This document shows, piece by piece, positions 11,489-21,287 of a DNA stretch of 51,685 bases. The stretch comes from an uncultured Clostridium sp. (lineage in GTDB: Bacteria; Bacillota; Clostridia; TANB77; CAG-508): contig CAOKNG010000005.1 of NCBI GenBank assembly GCA_948470025.1, forward strand, positions 1 to 51,685. Reading direction: 5' to 3'. Position 1 is the first letter of the stretch, and each line of letters starts with the position of its first letter. Made by a program: the position numbers and the translations under genes. The notes under the pieces were generated by a model that did no database searches, had not been told where the DNA came from, and saw nothing but the letters and a program-made list of their open reading frames with translations.

Positions 11489-11854
11489 ATGACAAACAGT
11501 GTAATAGCAATTGTAGGGGAGGTTGAAATTGAAGTTCATATCGAAAATGAACGGATAGAAAAGGTGATTCGTAGATATAACGGTGAAGCACCACCGAAAG
11601 ACCAAACCTTTATGCGAGGTGAAAGGCGAAGAATTCAAGAAAGTTTAGTGTGGATTTTCAAAGGCGATTATGAAAAATTTAAAGAAATCTTACATAAGAT
11701 TGGAAAAGATGAAACATATTTTGCCTATGGAAAAAAGCGGATGGATGATGAGAAAAAAAGAAGAATCCATAAACTAAACGATTTTGAAGAAAAAACCAAA
11801 AGAAAAAGGATAGCCTTGCAAGAAATGGTTGATAAGTACACTTGGAAAGCCTAG
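11489..11854 (+). CDS. Hypothetical protein (contains two in-frame CGG codons)
   Basis: GAAAGGAG RBS before ATG 11489, TATAAT upstream, 121-codon open frame; no family recognised. Confidence 0.55.
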   Translation: MTNSVIAIVGEVEIEVHIENERIEKVIRRYNGEAPPKDQTFMRGERRRIQESLVWIFKGDYEKFKEILHKIGKDETYFAYGKKRMDDEKKRRIHKLNDFEEKTKRKRIALQEMVDKYTWKA

Positions 11855-11914
11855 GTTCGGAAAGTAAGGAAGAGTTTTTATTTTTGACTCTTTCTCTTTC
11901 TTTTTTATTTGTAC

Positions 11915-11943
11915 TTGACATACATAAACATATGTTCTATAAT
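11915..11943 (+). promoter_or_regulatory. Consensus sigma-A promoter of dinB with a LexA (SOS) box
   Basis: TTGACA-N17-TATAAT; AAAC-ATAT-GTTC at 11926-11937 matches the Firmicute GAAC-N4-GTTC box with one mismatch. Confidence 0.8.
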
Positions 11944-11958
11944 AAACATGGTGATACT

Positions 11959-13179
11959 ATGGAAAGACAAATTTTACATGTGGATGTAAACAATGCCTTT
12001 TTATCTTGGACAGCGATTGACCGATTGCGTGCAGGGGAAACGCTAGATATTAGGACTATACCAGCAATTATTGGTGGAGATGAAAGTAGTCGTCATGGGG
12101 TGGTGTTAGCCAAAAGCATGAAGGCAAAAGAATTTGGGATTAAAACTGGAGAGCCAATTTATCAGGCTCGAAAGAAATGCCCAAACTTACAAGTATTTGG
12201 GGGAAATTATGCATCCTATCAAAAACATTCTAACGAATTATATGGGTTATTATTAGAATACACAGACCAAATAGAACGCTTTTCCATTGATGAGTGCTTT
12301 TTAGACATGACTTTATTTTTGCCACCAAACGAAACGTTACTCAATAAAGCATATGAAATTAATCGAAGAGTAAGAGAAGAATTAGGCTTTACCGTAAATA
12401 TAGGAGTCGCAAACAACAAACTACTTGCAAAAATGGCATCCGATTTTAAAAAGCCAGATAGAGTACATACCTTATGGAAAGAAGAAATTCCTAATAAAAT
12501 GTGGGTTCTTCCTATTTCAGAACTATTTATGGTAGGAAGAAAAAGTATTCCAAAACTTGCACAAATGGGGATAAAAACCATCGAAGATTTAGCAAAACAA
12601 GATGAAAACATGTTAATAAAACGTTTTGGAAAACATGGAAAAATGATGTGGGAATATGCCAATGGAATTGATCATAGCGAAGTTGTGTATCAGTTAGAAC
12701 AGCCAAAATGTATCGGAAATTCCATTACCCTTCCACAAGATATTTATAATCTGAATCGTCTAAATGAGATATTGCTAGCCTTATCAGAACAAGTTGCTTT
12801 TCGCTTGCGAAAGCACAAATTAAAAGCAAGTGTTATTAGTGTGCAAATAAAAACCAAAGACTTTGCGAGTTTTTCTCATCAAAAAACACTAACTTCTCCA
12901 ACCAATATAACAAAAGAGATTTATGAAACGAGTAAGGAGTTATTAGCAAACCTCCATCAAAATAGAGCGGTTCGATTAATTGGCATACAAACGAGCAAGT
13001 TAGTAGAAAAAGACCAAGGACAATTATCGATTTTTGAAGAACACACAAATCCAAAACAGGAAAAAATAGAAGATGTGATGGAAAATTTGAAAAAGAAATA
13101 TGGATATGGCATTATTACAAGAGCAGGAGAAATGAAAGTAAAAGATATGCTAAATATAAGAGAAGAAAAACACGAATAA
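11959..13179 (+). CDS. dinB: DNA polymerase IV (Y family)
   Basis: ILHVDVNNAF, ERFSIDECFLD and NKLLAKMASDFKKP motifs. The start is placed at ATG 11959, downstream of the promoter. Confidence 0.95.
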   Translation: MERQILHVDVNNAFLSWTAIDRLRAGETLDIRTIPAIIGGDESSRHGVVLAKSMKAKEFGIKTGEPIYQARKKCPNLQVFGGNYASYQKHSNELYGLLLEYTDQIERFSIDECFLDMTLFLPPNETLLNKAYEINRRVREELGFTVNIGVANNKLLAKMASDFKKPDRVHTLWKEEIPNKMWVLPISELFMVGRKSIPKLAQMGIKTIEDLAKQDENMLIKRFGKHGKMMWEYANGIDHSEVVYQLEQPKCIGNSITLPQDIYNLNRLNEILLALSEQVAFRLRKHKLKASVISVQIKTKDFASFSHQKTLTSPTNITKEIYETSKELLANLHQNRAVRLIGIQTSKLVEKDQGQLSIFEEHTNPKQEKIEDVMENLKKKYGYGIITRAGEMKVKDMLNIREEKHE

Positions 13180-13262
13180 AGTCGAAACTTGTCACAAAAA
13201 AAGGACAGCTTCATATAATATACTATAACGATTGTTAAAGTCGTTATAGGAGGTGAAATAGA

Positions 13263-13523
13263 ATGGATATGGAACCAAACTGTTATTATGAAGAGCCAAA
13301 ATGTTGCAACAAAACAAAAAGATGTTGTGTTGATTTAACATTAACAATTCTTCTTATTGCCTTTGCCTTCATCTTAGGAATTATTATAGGAGCACTTACT
13401 GGATTATTCGCACTATTAGGACTAGGTGCCTTTGTTGCAATTGCAATTATATTAGTATTATTAATCGTACTAAGAGCAGTTATGCTAATTTGTACTAGAA
13501 AAGACAAGAAATGTTGTAGATAA
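13263..13523 (+). CDS. Small Cys-rich membrane protein with two TM helices
   Basis: Strong RBS AGGAGGTG; CC pairs at both ends flank hydrophobic segments. Confidence 0.65.
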   Translation: MDMEPNCYYEEPKCCNKTKRCCVDLTLTILLIAFAFILGIIIGALTGLFALLGLGAFVAIAIILVLLIVLRAVMLICTRKDKKCCR

Positions 13524-13607
13524 TCATGGCAAAAGAACGTGTATCGCAAGATACACGGTACATAAGATAAAATGAAAAAAGAAATACAAAAATTCTATCC
13601 AAAACGA

Positions 13608-13636
13608 TTGCAAAAAAATAGGGTTTTATATATAAT
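13608..13636 (+). promoter_or_regulatory. Sigma-A promoter for folD
   Basis: TTGCAA-N17-TATAAT. Confidence 0.6.
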
Positions 13637-13662
13637 AAGGAAAAACCAAAGGGGTAAAGAAA

Positions 13663-14506
13663 ATGGAAATAATGGATGGGAAAGAGTTAGCAAAAACAAT
13701 ACGTGCAGAATTGAAAGAAGATGTAGAAAAATTAAAAGTAAAAGGAATTTATCCAAAGCTTGCAGTCATTATGGTAGGAGATGACAAGGCATCAGCGGTA
13801 TATGTTCGTAATAAATCCAAGGCATGTAACGAAGTAGGGGTAGAATATGAGGAATTTTTACTACCAACACAAACAACGATGGACGAGCTTATTCGGATTA
13901 ATTGAAAAATTAAATGCGGATACGAATATTGATGGTATTTTGCTACAAAGTCCAATTCCAAAGCATTTAGATATAGATGAAGCATTTCGTACAATTGATC
14001 CAAAGAAAGACGTAGATGGATTTCATCCGGTGAATGTAGGAAAATTAAGCCTAAACCAAGATTGTTTTATATCGTGTACACCATTTGGCATTATCAAAAT
14101 GCTAGAAACTTATCATGTACCAATTGAAGGAAAACATGCTGTTATTATAGGAAGAAGTAATATTGTAGGAAAACCATTAATCCAATGCCTATTAAATAAA
14201 AATGCAACCGTTACCATTTGCCATTCCAAAACCCAAAACTTAGAAGAAGTAACCAAACAAGCAGATATTTTAATTGCAGCAATTGGAAAACCAGAATTTG
14301 TAACAGCAGGGATGGTAAAAAAAGGGGCAACTGTAATCGATGTTGGTATTAACCGAAAAGAGGATGGGAAATTAGTAGGAGATGTTAATTTTGAAGAAGT
14401 ATCAAAAAAAGCATCATACATAACACCAGTACCAGGTGGAGTAGGACCAATGACAGTTGCAATGCTTATGACAAATGTCGTAAAAGCAGCAAAAAATAGA
14501 GAATAA
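13663..14506 (+). CDS. folD: Bifunctional methylenetetrahydrofolate dehydrogenase/cyclohydrolase (about 280 aa); +1 shift at CGG 13894
   Basis: N-half MDGKELA...[14 protein letters not shown]; the joint reads [25 protein letters not shown]; then [23 protein letters not shown] and [11 protein letters not shown]. Confidence 0.93.
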
Positions 14507-14522
14507 TTACATATAAAAAAAT

Positions 14523-14569
14523 AAAAAAAGTCGATGGGAGCGATTTTTACGCTCTTGTCGACTTTTTTT
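14523..14569 (+). terminator. Intrinsic terminator after folD
   Basis: AAAAAAAGTCGA..GAGCG...CGCTC..TCGACTTTTTTT. Confidence 0.7.
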
Positions 14570-14589
14570 ATTGTATTAGGAGGTATCAT

Positions 14590-15454
14590 ATGAAAGAACA
14601 AGAATATTGGATTTGGTTATCGAGAATAGAAGGATTAGGTCCCATTAAAATGAAAGAATTATTAGAAACATACCATACACTAGAACAAATCTGGAAATTA
14701 ACCAAAGAAGAATTAATGAAAATAAAAGGAATTGGCGAAAAAATGGCAAGCCAAGTATTAAAGCCACAATATAGGCAAAACTTAAAACAATATATGGATT
14801 ATATGAAACAATATGGCATCGGCATAATCACCATATTCGATGAAGATTATCCAGAAAGTTTAAAACATATTTATGATACACCAATCATATTATTTTATAA
14901 GGGGAATCGAGAGTTATTAAAACATCCTGATAAAATTGCCATGATAGGATGTAGAGAATGTAGCAATTATGGAAAAGAGGTTAGCCTTCAATTTGCGTAC
15001 GAATTAGCAAAAAAAGATGTATGCATTGTAAGTGGTATGGCAAAAGGAATTGATGCATATTCTCATATGGGGTGCCTAAAGGCAGGTGGAAAAACGATTG
15101 CTGTTTTAGGAAATGGATTAGACCAGATTTACCCAAAAGAAAATACATTACTATATCAGCAAATTCTACAAACAGGAGGATTAATTTTATCTGAATACAT
15201 TATTGGTACCAAACCAACCAAACTAAACTTTCCAGCAAGAAACCGCATTATTAGCGGATTATCAAAAGGTATTATTGTAGTAGAAGCAAAAGAAAAAAGC
15301 GGAACCCTAAATACAGTCGATTTTGCCCTAGACCAAGGCAAAGACGTATTTGTTGTACCACGGCAATATTACAAGTGCAAATTCGTATGGAACCAATGAA
15401 TTAATGAAACAAGGAGCAAAATGTATTACGTGTGTAGAGGATATATTTCATTAA
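14590..15454 (+). CDS. dprA: DNA-processing protein DprA (about 287 aa); +1 shift at CGG 15361
   Basis: VSGMAKGID, FPARNRIISGLS and VVEAKEKSGTL motifs. Skipping C15361 gives VFVVP-G-NITSANSYGTNELMKQGAKCIT, the conserved DprA ending. Confidence 0.93.
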
Positions 15455-15582
15455 AAATTTCTTAAAACCCTTTATCTTTTTTTAATAATGTAATATAATT
15501 GTCATATGTATTTTTATAGCGTAAGATAAAATAAGAAGAAAAGAAGCACAGATGATAGAATTACAAAGGAGGATATCATTTC

Positions 15583-18500
15583 ATGGGGAATAAAAAAGGT
15601 AATAAAAAATCATCAAAAAAAGATGATACAAAAGTAGTAAAACCAGTACAAGACAATAAAAAGGATAAGCCATCTGTTACAGACGAGACCAAAGTAATGA
15701 AGCCAGCACAAGATAAAAATAAAAAGAAATCAACTGTTACAGATGAAACTAAAGTGATGAAACCGGCACAAGACAAGAATAAAAAGAAATCAGCTGTTGC
15801 AGATGAAACTAAAGTAATGAAAACAGTACAGGGAAACCCTACTAAAGATACGTTAAAATCTGATATGGAAAAAACAAAAGTGATGAAGGCAGTAGAAGAG
15901 CAAACGAAAAAAATTGAGAATGATGAGGAAACGAAAAAGATGAAAAAAGAAAAGAAAAAGGCAAAGAAAGCCAAGAATAAGAAAAAACATAGAGCTTTGA
16001 AGATTATCTTAAAAATCATCATTGCATTAGTAGTAATAGGATGTATTATTGGTGCAGGTGTATTTGCAGGTTTATTCTTTGGACTATTTGGCGATGAATT
16101 TAAAATTAGTGTTAGTGACCTAAATATTAACATAGAAAATAGTGTGTTAATGGACTTAAATGGAAACATACTTGCTACACTAAATGGAGACGAAAATAGA
16201 GAAGTTATTTTGCTATCTGAAATGGGGGAATATTTACCAAATGCATTTATTGCTATTGAAGATAAGCGTTTTTATGACCATAGTGGTGTAGATATTAAAA
16301 GAACAATTGGTGCGACAGTCAACTATTTATTAAAAAATTCTAGTTATGGAGGAAGTACCATTACTCAACAATTAATTAAAAATGCAACAGGAGAAAATGA
16401 CAAAACCTCTATGAGAAAAGTAAAAGAAATTGCAAAAGCATTCCAAATTGAACGAGAAATGTCAAAGCAACAAATTTTGGAATCGTATTTAAATACCATT
16501 CCTCTTGGAGGAGGAGCAAAAAATGTATATGGTGTACAAGTAGCAGCAAATTACTATTTTAATAAACAACCAGCAGAATTAAGCCTTGCACAATGTGCCT
16601 ATATTGCAGGAATTAACCATTCTCCAAACTTATACAACCCATTCAAAGAAACACCAAATATGGAGAAAATTAATAATCGTACCAAAACAGTATTAAATGA
16701 AATGAAAGACCAAGGAAAAATAAACCAAGAACAATATGATGTAGCAATTGCAGAAGTGGAAGCAGGCCTTGCTTTCGAAGAAGGAAATATTACAAGTTAT
16801 AATTCTTTAACACAACATGAAGAAGAGGCTGTAAAACAAGTAGCAACTCAATATGCCGCGGAGCATAATATAGAATATAAATTAGCAGAACAACGAATTA
16901 AAAGTAGTGGGTATAAAATTTATATTACCGAAAATAAAGATATTCAAAATATATTAGATGAAACCTATACTAATAGTACAGATTGGATTAAAACCAAAAC
17001 AATTACAGAAACCAATGAGAATGGTGAAAAAGAAAAGAAAGAAATACAACTACAATCTGGTATGGCTATTATTGACCATAAAACAGGATATGTTGTAGCA
17101 ATTAGAGGTGTCATAGGAGAAAAAACACCTTGGGGTAATAATAGAGCAATGATTGCAGGACATCAACCAGGTTCTTCTATAAAACCAATTGCCGTAATTG
17201 CACCATCAATACAAGAAGGACTAATTAATACAGGAACGGTAGTGGATGATACACCAGTAAAATATGGTTCTTATGCACCTAGAAACTCTGGTGGTGGCTA
17301 TACAGGACTTATGAATATTCGTTCAATACTAAGAGTTTCAAGAAACATACCAGAAGTAAAAATGATGCAAAAATTAACACCAGCAAAATCAATGGAATAT
17401 TTAAGAAATATGGGAATTACTTCATTATCAGAAGGAGATGAAGGGCTTGCATTAGCGCTAGGAGGAGTAGGTAATGGAATAAGTCCATTAGAAATGGCAG
17501 GAGCCTATGCAACTATTGCGAATAATGGTGTATACCAAGAGCCAACTTTCTATACAAGAGTAGAAGATGGAAATGGAAATCTAATCATGGAAAAACAACA
17601 AGAAAAACATCGTGTATTATCGGAAGAAAATGCATGGCTTATACAATCATTATTAACAGAACCAACAGGAACTGGATTAACAGGTTCTGAGGGGGCAACA
17701 GGAACAAGAGCGAGAGTTACCAATATGCAAACCTGTGGAAAAACAGGAACTACCAATGACACAACAGCTACATGGTTTTGCGGATTTACTCCATATTATA
17801 CAGCTACTATGTATTTTGGATTTGATAAAGCAAATGAAGGAAATAGTAAATATGTACCAGGAAGTGGTACCGTATCTTCTCGTTGGGGAAGCATTATGAA
17901 CAAAATTCACAGTGGTTTAGAAGCAGCAAAATTTGAAAAACCAAGTAGTATTATAACAGCAAGAATATGTAGAGATTCGGGATTATTAGCTAGTGAGAAT
18001 TGCGAACATGACCCAAGAGGTTCAAGAATTTATAGTGAATATTTTGTAAAGGGAACAACACCAAAAGATGCTTGTACAACGCATGTAAAATTAAGAATTT
18101 GTAAAGAAACAGGAACCATCGCAAATGAATTCTGTACCGATGTTGAAGAAAGAGTATATATTACAAGGGCAAATAGCACAGAAAACACATCGTGGCAATC
18201 TGCTTCAGATGCACAGTATATGGCACCAACCGAAACCTGTACAACACATACCAAAAAACCAGATACTGAAAAACCAGTTATCACAGTAAAAGATACAAAA
18301 GACACCATTGAATTAGAATTAAATGCGAAATTTGCAATTCCACAAGCAACTGCAGTTGATAATATTGATGGAGATATTAGTAAAAATATCAAAATAGAAA
18401 TTAAAAAAGATGGTAAAGTTGTGGATAAAGTAGATACTTCAAAAGCAGGAGTGTACACGATTACCTATTCGGTAGAAGATGCGGCAAAAAATAAACAGAC

Positions 18501-18597
18501 AAAAACCATTACTGTAAAGGTAGCTTCAAAAGATAATAAACCAAATGGAGGAACAGGAAATAATAATACCAATACAGTTACTAATACAACAAGATAA
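15583..18597 (+). CDS. Class A penicillin-binding protein (transglycosylase plus transpeptidase) with Cys-rich and Ig-like C-terminal domains
   Basis: EDKRFYDHSGVD, GGSTITQQLIKN, RKVKE and YLNTI (GT51); QPGSSIKP, SRN and KTGT (transpeptidase); KPVIT...AVDNIDGD...YSVED Ig-like tail. Confidence 0.93.
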   Translation: MGNKKGNKKSSKKDDTKVVKPVQDNKKDKPSVTDETKVMKPAQDKNKKKSTVTDETKVMKPAQDKNKKKSAVADETKVMKTVQGNPTKDTLKSDMEKTKVMKAVEEQTKKIENDEETKKMKKEKKKAKKAKNKKKHRALKIILKIIIALVVIGCIIGAGVFAGLFFGLFGDEFKISVSDLNINIENSVLMDLNGNILATLNGDENREVILLSEMGEYLPNAFIAIEDKRFYDHSGVDIKRTIGATVNYLLKNSSYGGSTITQQLIKNATGENDKTSMRKVKEIAKAFQIEREMSKQQILESYLNTIPLGGGAKNVYGVQVAANYYFNKQPAELSLAQCAYIAGINHSPNLYNPFKETPNMEKINNRTKTVLNEMKDQGKINQEQYDVAIAEVEAGLAFEEGNITSYNSLTQHEEEAVKQVATQYAAEHNIEYKLAEQRIKSSGYKIYITENKDIQNILDETYTNSTDWIKTKTITETNENGEKEKKEIQLQSGMAIIDHKTGYVVAIRGVIGEKTPWGNNRAMIAGHQPGSSIKPIAVIAPSIQEGLINTGTVVDDTPVKYGSYAPRNSGGGYTGLMNIRSILRVSRNIPEVKMMQKLTPAKSMEYLRNMGITSLSEGDEGLALALGGVGNGISPLEMAGAYATIANNGVYQEPTFYTRVEDGNGNLIMEKQQEKHRVLSEENAWLIQSLLTEPTGTGLTGSEGATGTRARVTNMQTCGKTGTTNDTTATWFCGFTPYYTATMYFGFDKANEGNSKYVPGSGTVSSRWGSIMNKIHSGLEAAKFEKPSSIITARICRDSGLLASENCEHDPRGSRIYSEYFVKGTTPKDACTTHVKLRICKETGTIANEFCTDVEERVYITRANSTENTSWQSASDAQYMAPTETCTTHTKKPDTEKPVITVKDTKDTIELELNAKFAIPQATAVDNIDGDISKNIKIEIKKDGKVVDKVDTSKAGVYTITYSVEDAAKNKQTKTITVKVASKDNKPNGGTGNNNTNTVTNTTR
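15622..15830 (+). repeat. 60-bp (20-aa) tandem repeat, about 3.5 copies, in the PBP cytoplasmic N-terminus
   Basis: DETKVMKPAQDKNKKKSxV units with a 60-bp period and synonymous differences. Confidence 0.85.
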
Positions 18598-18683
18598 ATA
18601 GATGGAATTTAAGAAGAAAATTAGAGTATCAATGGAAAAATGGATACTCTAATTTCCGAATTTTAGAAAGGTGGGGAATCATA

Positions 18684-20084
18684 ATGGAATTAAAATTTTA
18701 TAATACACTTTCAAAAACAAAAGAAGTCTTTAACCCCTTACACAAAGAAGAAGTAAGAATGTATTCATGTGGACCAACAGTATATAAAAATGCAACCATT
18801 GGTAATATGAGAACCAATATTTTTCAAGATGTATTAAGACGAGTGCTTAGGTACAATGGCTATTGCCTAAAACATGCTATGAATATTACTGATGTAGGGC
18901 ATTTGGTATCAGATGGAGATGATGGGGAAGACAAAATGTTAAAATCAGCAAGAGAAGAGAAAAAGACACCAATGCAAATTGCCAAGTATTATACAGACTT
19001 ATTTTTTGAGGATTTAAAAGATCTAAATATTGAAACACCAGAAATTGTATGTAAAGCCACCGACCATATTAAAGAAATGCTAGCTTATGTGCAAAAATTA
19101 ATTGAAAATGGATATGCTTATGAAACTTCAACTGCGATTTACTTTGATGTATCAAAATTAGATAAATACCCTATTTTAAGTAACTTAGAAGTGGAAAATC
19201 AAAAAGCAGGAGCAAGAGTAGAGGTAGATAAGGAAAAGAAAAATCCATATGATTTTGCATTATGGATAAAAGCACCCGAAAATCATTTAATGAAATGGGA
19301 TAGCCCATGGGGACCAAGCTACCCAGGTTGGCATATTGAATGCTCTGCTATGGGGCAAAAATATTTAGGAGAACAATTTGATATTCACACAGGAGGAATC
19401 GATTTAATTCCAACCCACCACGAAAATGAAATTGCACAAAGTAAAGGTGCTTGTGACAAAATTCCAGCTAATTACTGGCTACATGGGGAATATTTATTAA
19501 TTGATGGCGGAAAAATGTCAAAATCGTTAGGAAATGTATATCTATTAAAAGATATAAAAGATAGAGGCTATGACCCAGTTGTATATAAGCTATTTAGTTA
19601 TTCTTGCCATTATCGAAATAAACTAAATTTTACATGGGGAGGAATCGAAGGAGCAGCAAAATCTTTAGAAAGATTACGAAATAGTTATCAAACAAATTTA
19701 AAGGGAAATGATGAATTAAATAAAGAAGATATTAGCAAACTAAGTAAACTAGAAGAAAACTTCCATAAAGCAATTAATGATGATCTAAATATGCCACTTG
19801 CCATGAGTTTTGTGTGGGAGTTAGCAAGGTTTGAAAAGAAAAATAAAGAAGTAGCAAACCTTCTTACCAAATTTGATACGGTATTAGGGATTCGAATCGA
19901 CCAAACCAATAACGCAGAACAACTTCCAGAAGAAATCTTAGAAATCATCGAACAGAGAAAACAAGCAAGAGCAAGTAAAGATTTTGGAAAATCGGACGAA
20001 TTACGTGATGAATTAACAAAAAGAGGGTATACTGTAAAAGACACCAAAGACGAAATGACTGTTACAAAAACCTACAAGAATTAA
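18684..20084 (+). CDS. cysS: Cysteinyl-tRNA synthetase
   Basis: YSCGPTVY, NITDVGH, DFALW, PGWHIECSAM, DIHTGGIDL..HHENEIAQS and KMSKS. Confidence 0.98.
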   Translation: MELKFYNTLSKTKEVFNPLHKEEVRMYSCGPTVYKNATIGNMRTNIFQDVLRRVLRYNGYCLKHAMNITDVGHLVSDGDDGEDKMLKSAREEKKTPMQIAKYYTDLFFEDLKDLNIETPEIVCKATDHIKEMLAYVQKLIENGYAYETSTAIYFDVSKLDKYPILSNLEVENQKAGARVEVDKEKKNPYDFALWIKAPENHLMKWDSPWGPSYPGWHIECSAMGQKYLGEQFDIHTGGIDLIPTHHENEIAQSKGACDKIPANYWLHGEYLLIDGGKMSKSLGNVYLLKDIKDRGYDPVVYKLFSYSCHYRNKLNFTWGGIEGAAKSLERLRNSYQTNLKGNDELNKEDISKLSKLEENFHKAINDDLNMPLAMSFVWELARFEKKNKEVANLLTKFDTVLGIRIDQTNNAEQLPEEILEIIEQRKQARASKDFGKSDELRDELTKRGYTVKDTKDEMTVTKTYKN

Positions 20085-20097
20085 AGGAGAAAAAACA

Positions 20098-21177
20098 ATG
20101 ACCAAAGAAAATGTAAAAACAGGATTTTTTAAGAAAATATATTTAGCAATTAAAGATTTTGAGCATTATGGCATTTTTGCGGCAGAAAATTTATGGACTG
20201 CCATAAAATACTTATTGAAAATAATGGTAATTTTTGCAATTATTGTATCTGGAATGTTTGCATATCAATTCTATACGTATTTTCAAAATGCGATTCACTA
20301 TTTCGAAAACAATATAGAACAAGTATCATTTGTAGAGAATCAATTAGAAGTAAATAATGGAGAAACCATCGAAATCCAAGAGGATACTTCGGCCATTCCA
20401 TATATTGTAATCGATACCGATGCTACCGAAGAAGAATTACAAAATTATAGGCAAAAGCTAGAAAGTTACGAAGCAGGAATTATGGTACTAAAAGATAAAG
20501 TGCTTTATAAAAACGAAATATTAGCACAAAGCCTAGAATATCGCTATGAAGAAATAACCAAAAACTATCCAATTGGAGAATTCGATAAGCAAGCAGTTTT
20601 AGACTTTATTGGAAAAATCGATATGGTTAGTTTAATGTTAAGCATGCTTTTCGTTATTTTCATTTATGTGTATGTGGTATACCTTGCCACTGCATTTGTT
20701 GATATTGTAATGCTAGGAGTATTAGGCTTTGTGGTTGGACGTATAGCAGGAATGAAAATACGCTTTAAAGCGACCTTTAATATTGGCGTATATGCTCTAA
20801 CTTTGCCAATTTTATTAAATATCCTTTATATTGTAGTAAACACCTTAACAGGCTTTACCATCCAAAACTTTAGTTGGATGTATACCACTATTTCATACAT
20901 TTACGTCATTGTTGCAATCTTCATGATAAAATCCGACTTCATTGATAAACAAGCAGAGCTTATGAAAATCATTGAAGAACAAGAAAAAGTACGTAGGGAA
21001 ATGATATTAAAAGAAGAACAACAGAAAAAAGAAGAAGAAAAAGAAAATAAAGACAACCAAGACAAAAAAGAACCACCAAAAGAAGAGAAAAAACCAAAAA
21101 AGAAAGAAAAAGAAGAACCCGGTTTAGATGATGGATTAGCCCCACAAGGAGCAAAAGAATTGCCAAACAATGAGTAA
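20098..21177 (+). CDS. DUF1189-like membrane protein
   Basis: N-terminal TM, extracellular domain, several C-terminal TMs with YALTLP, and a charged tail. Confidence 0.6.
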   Translation: MTKENVKTGFFKKIYLAIKDFEHYGIFAAENLWTAIKYLLKIMVIFAIIVSGMFAYQFYTYFQNAIHYFENNIEQVSFVENQLEVNNGETIEIQEDTSAIPYIVIDTDATEEELQNYRQKLESYEAGIMVLKDKVLYKNEILAQSLEYRYEEITKNYPIGEFDKQAVLDFIGKIDMVSLMLSMLFVIFIYVYVVYLATAFVDIVMLGVLGFVVGRIAGMKIRFKATFNIGVYALTLPILLNILYIVVNTLTGFTIQNFSWMYTTISYIYVIVAIFMIKSDFIDKQAELMKIIEEQEKVRREMILKEEQQKKEEEKENKDNQDKKEPPKEEKKPKKKEKEEPGLDDGLAPQGAKELPNNE

Positions 21178-21220
21178 TATGATATACTTTCAAAAATAGG
21201 AATAAAACAGTAGAAAAAAA

Positions 21221-21267
21221 GGCCCCTTTACTTAAGGGGGCTGTCACCGAAGGTGACTGGGGGTTCT
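21221..21267 (+). repeat. Intergenic double-hairpin repeat, copy 1
   Basis: GGCCCCTTTACTTAAGGGGGCTGTCACCGAAGGTGACTGGGGGTTCT. Confidence 0.9.
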
Positions 21268-21287
21268 ACAAGAAAGGAAGCGCGAAC

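Noticed and set aside
11842-11958. ORF-track N-terminal extensions (dinB from 11842, ruvB from 27060, mgtA piece from 11638, and internal starts at 13847, 47077 and 50904)
   Set aside because: They run across promoters, lack an RBS, or are by-products of the frameshifts; better starts with an RBS exist.
18598-18683. T-box leader upstream of cysS
   Set aside because: The gap is only about 85 bp, with one simple hairpin and no T-box motif.
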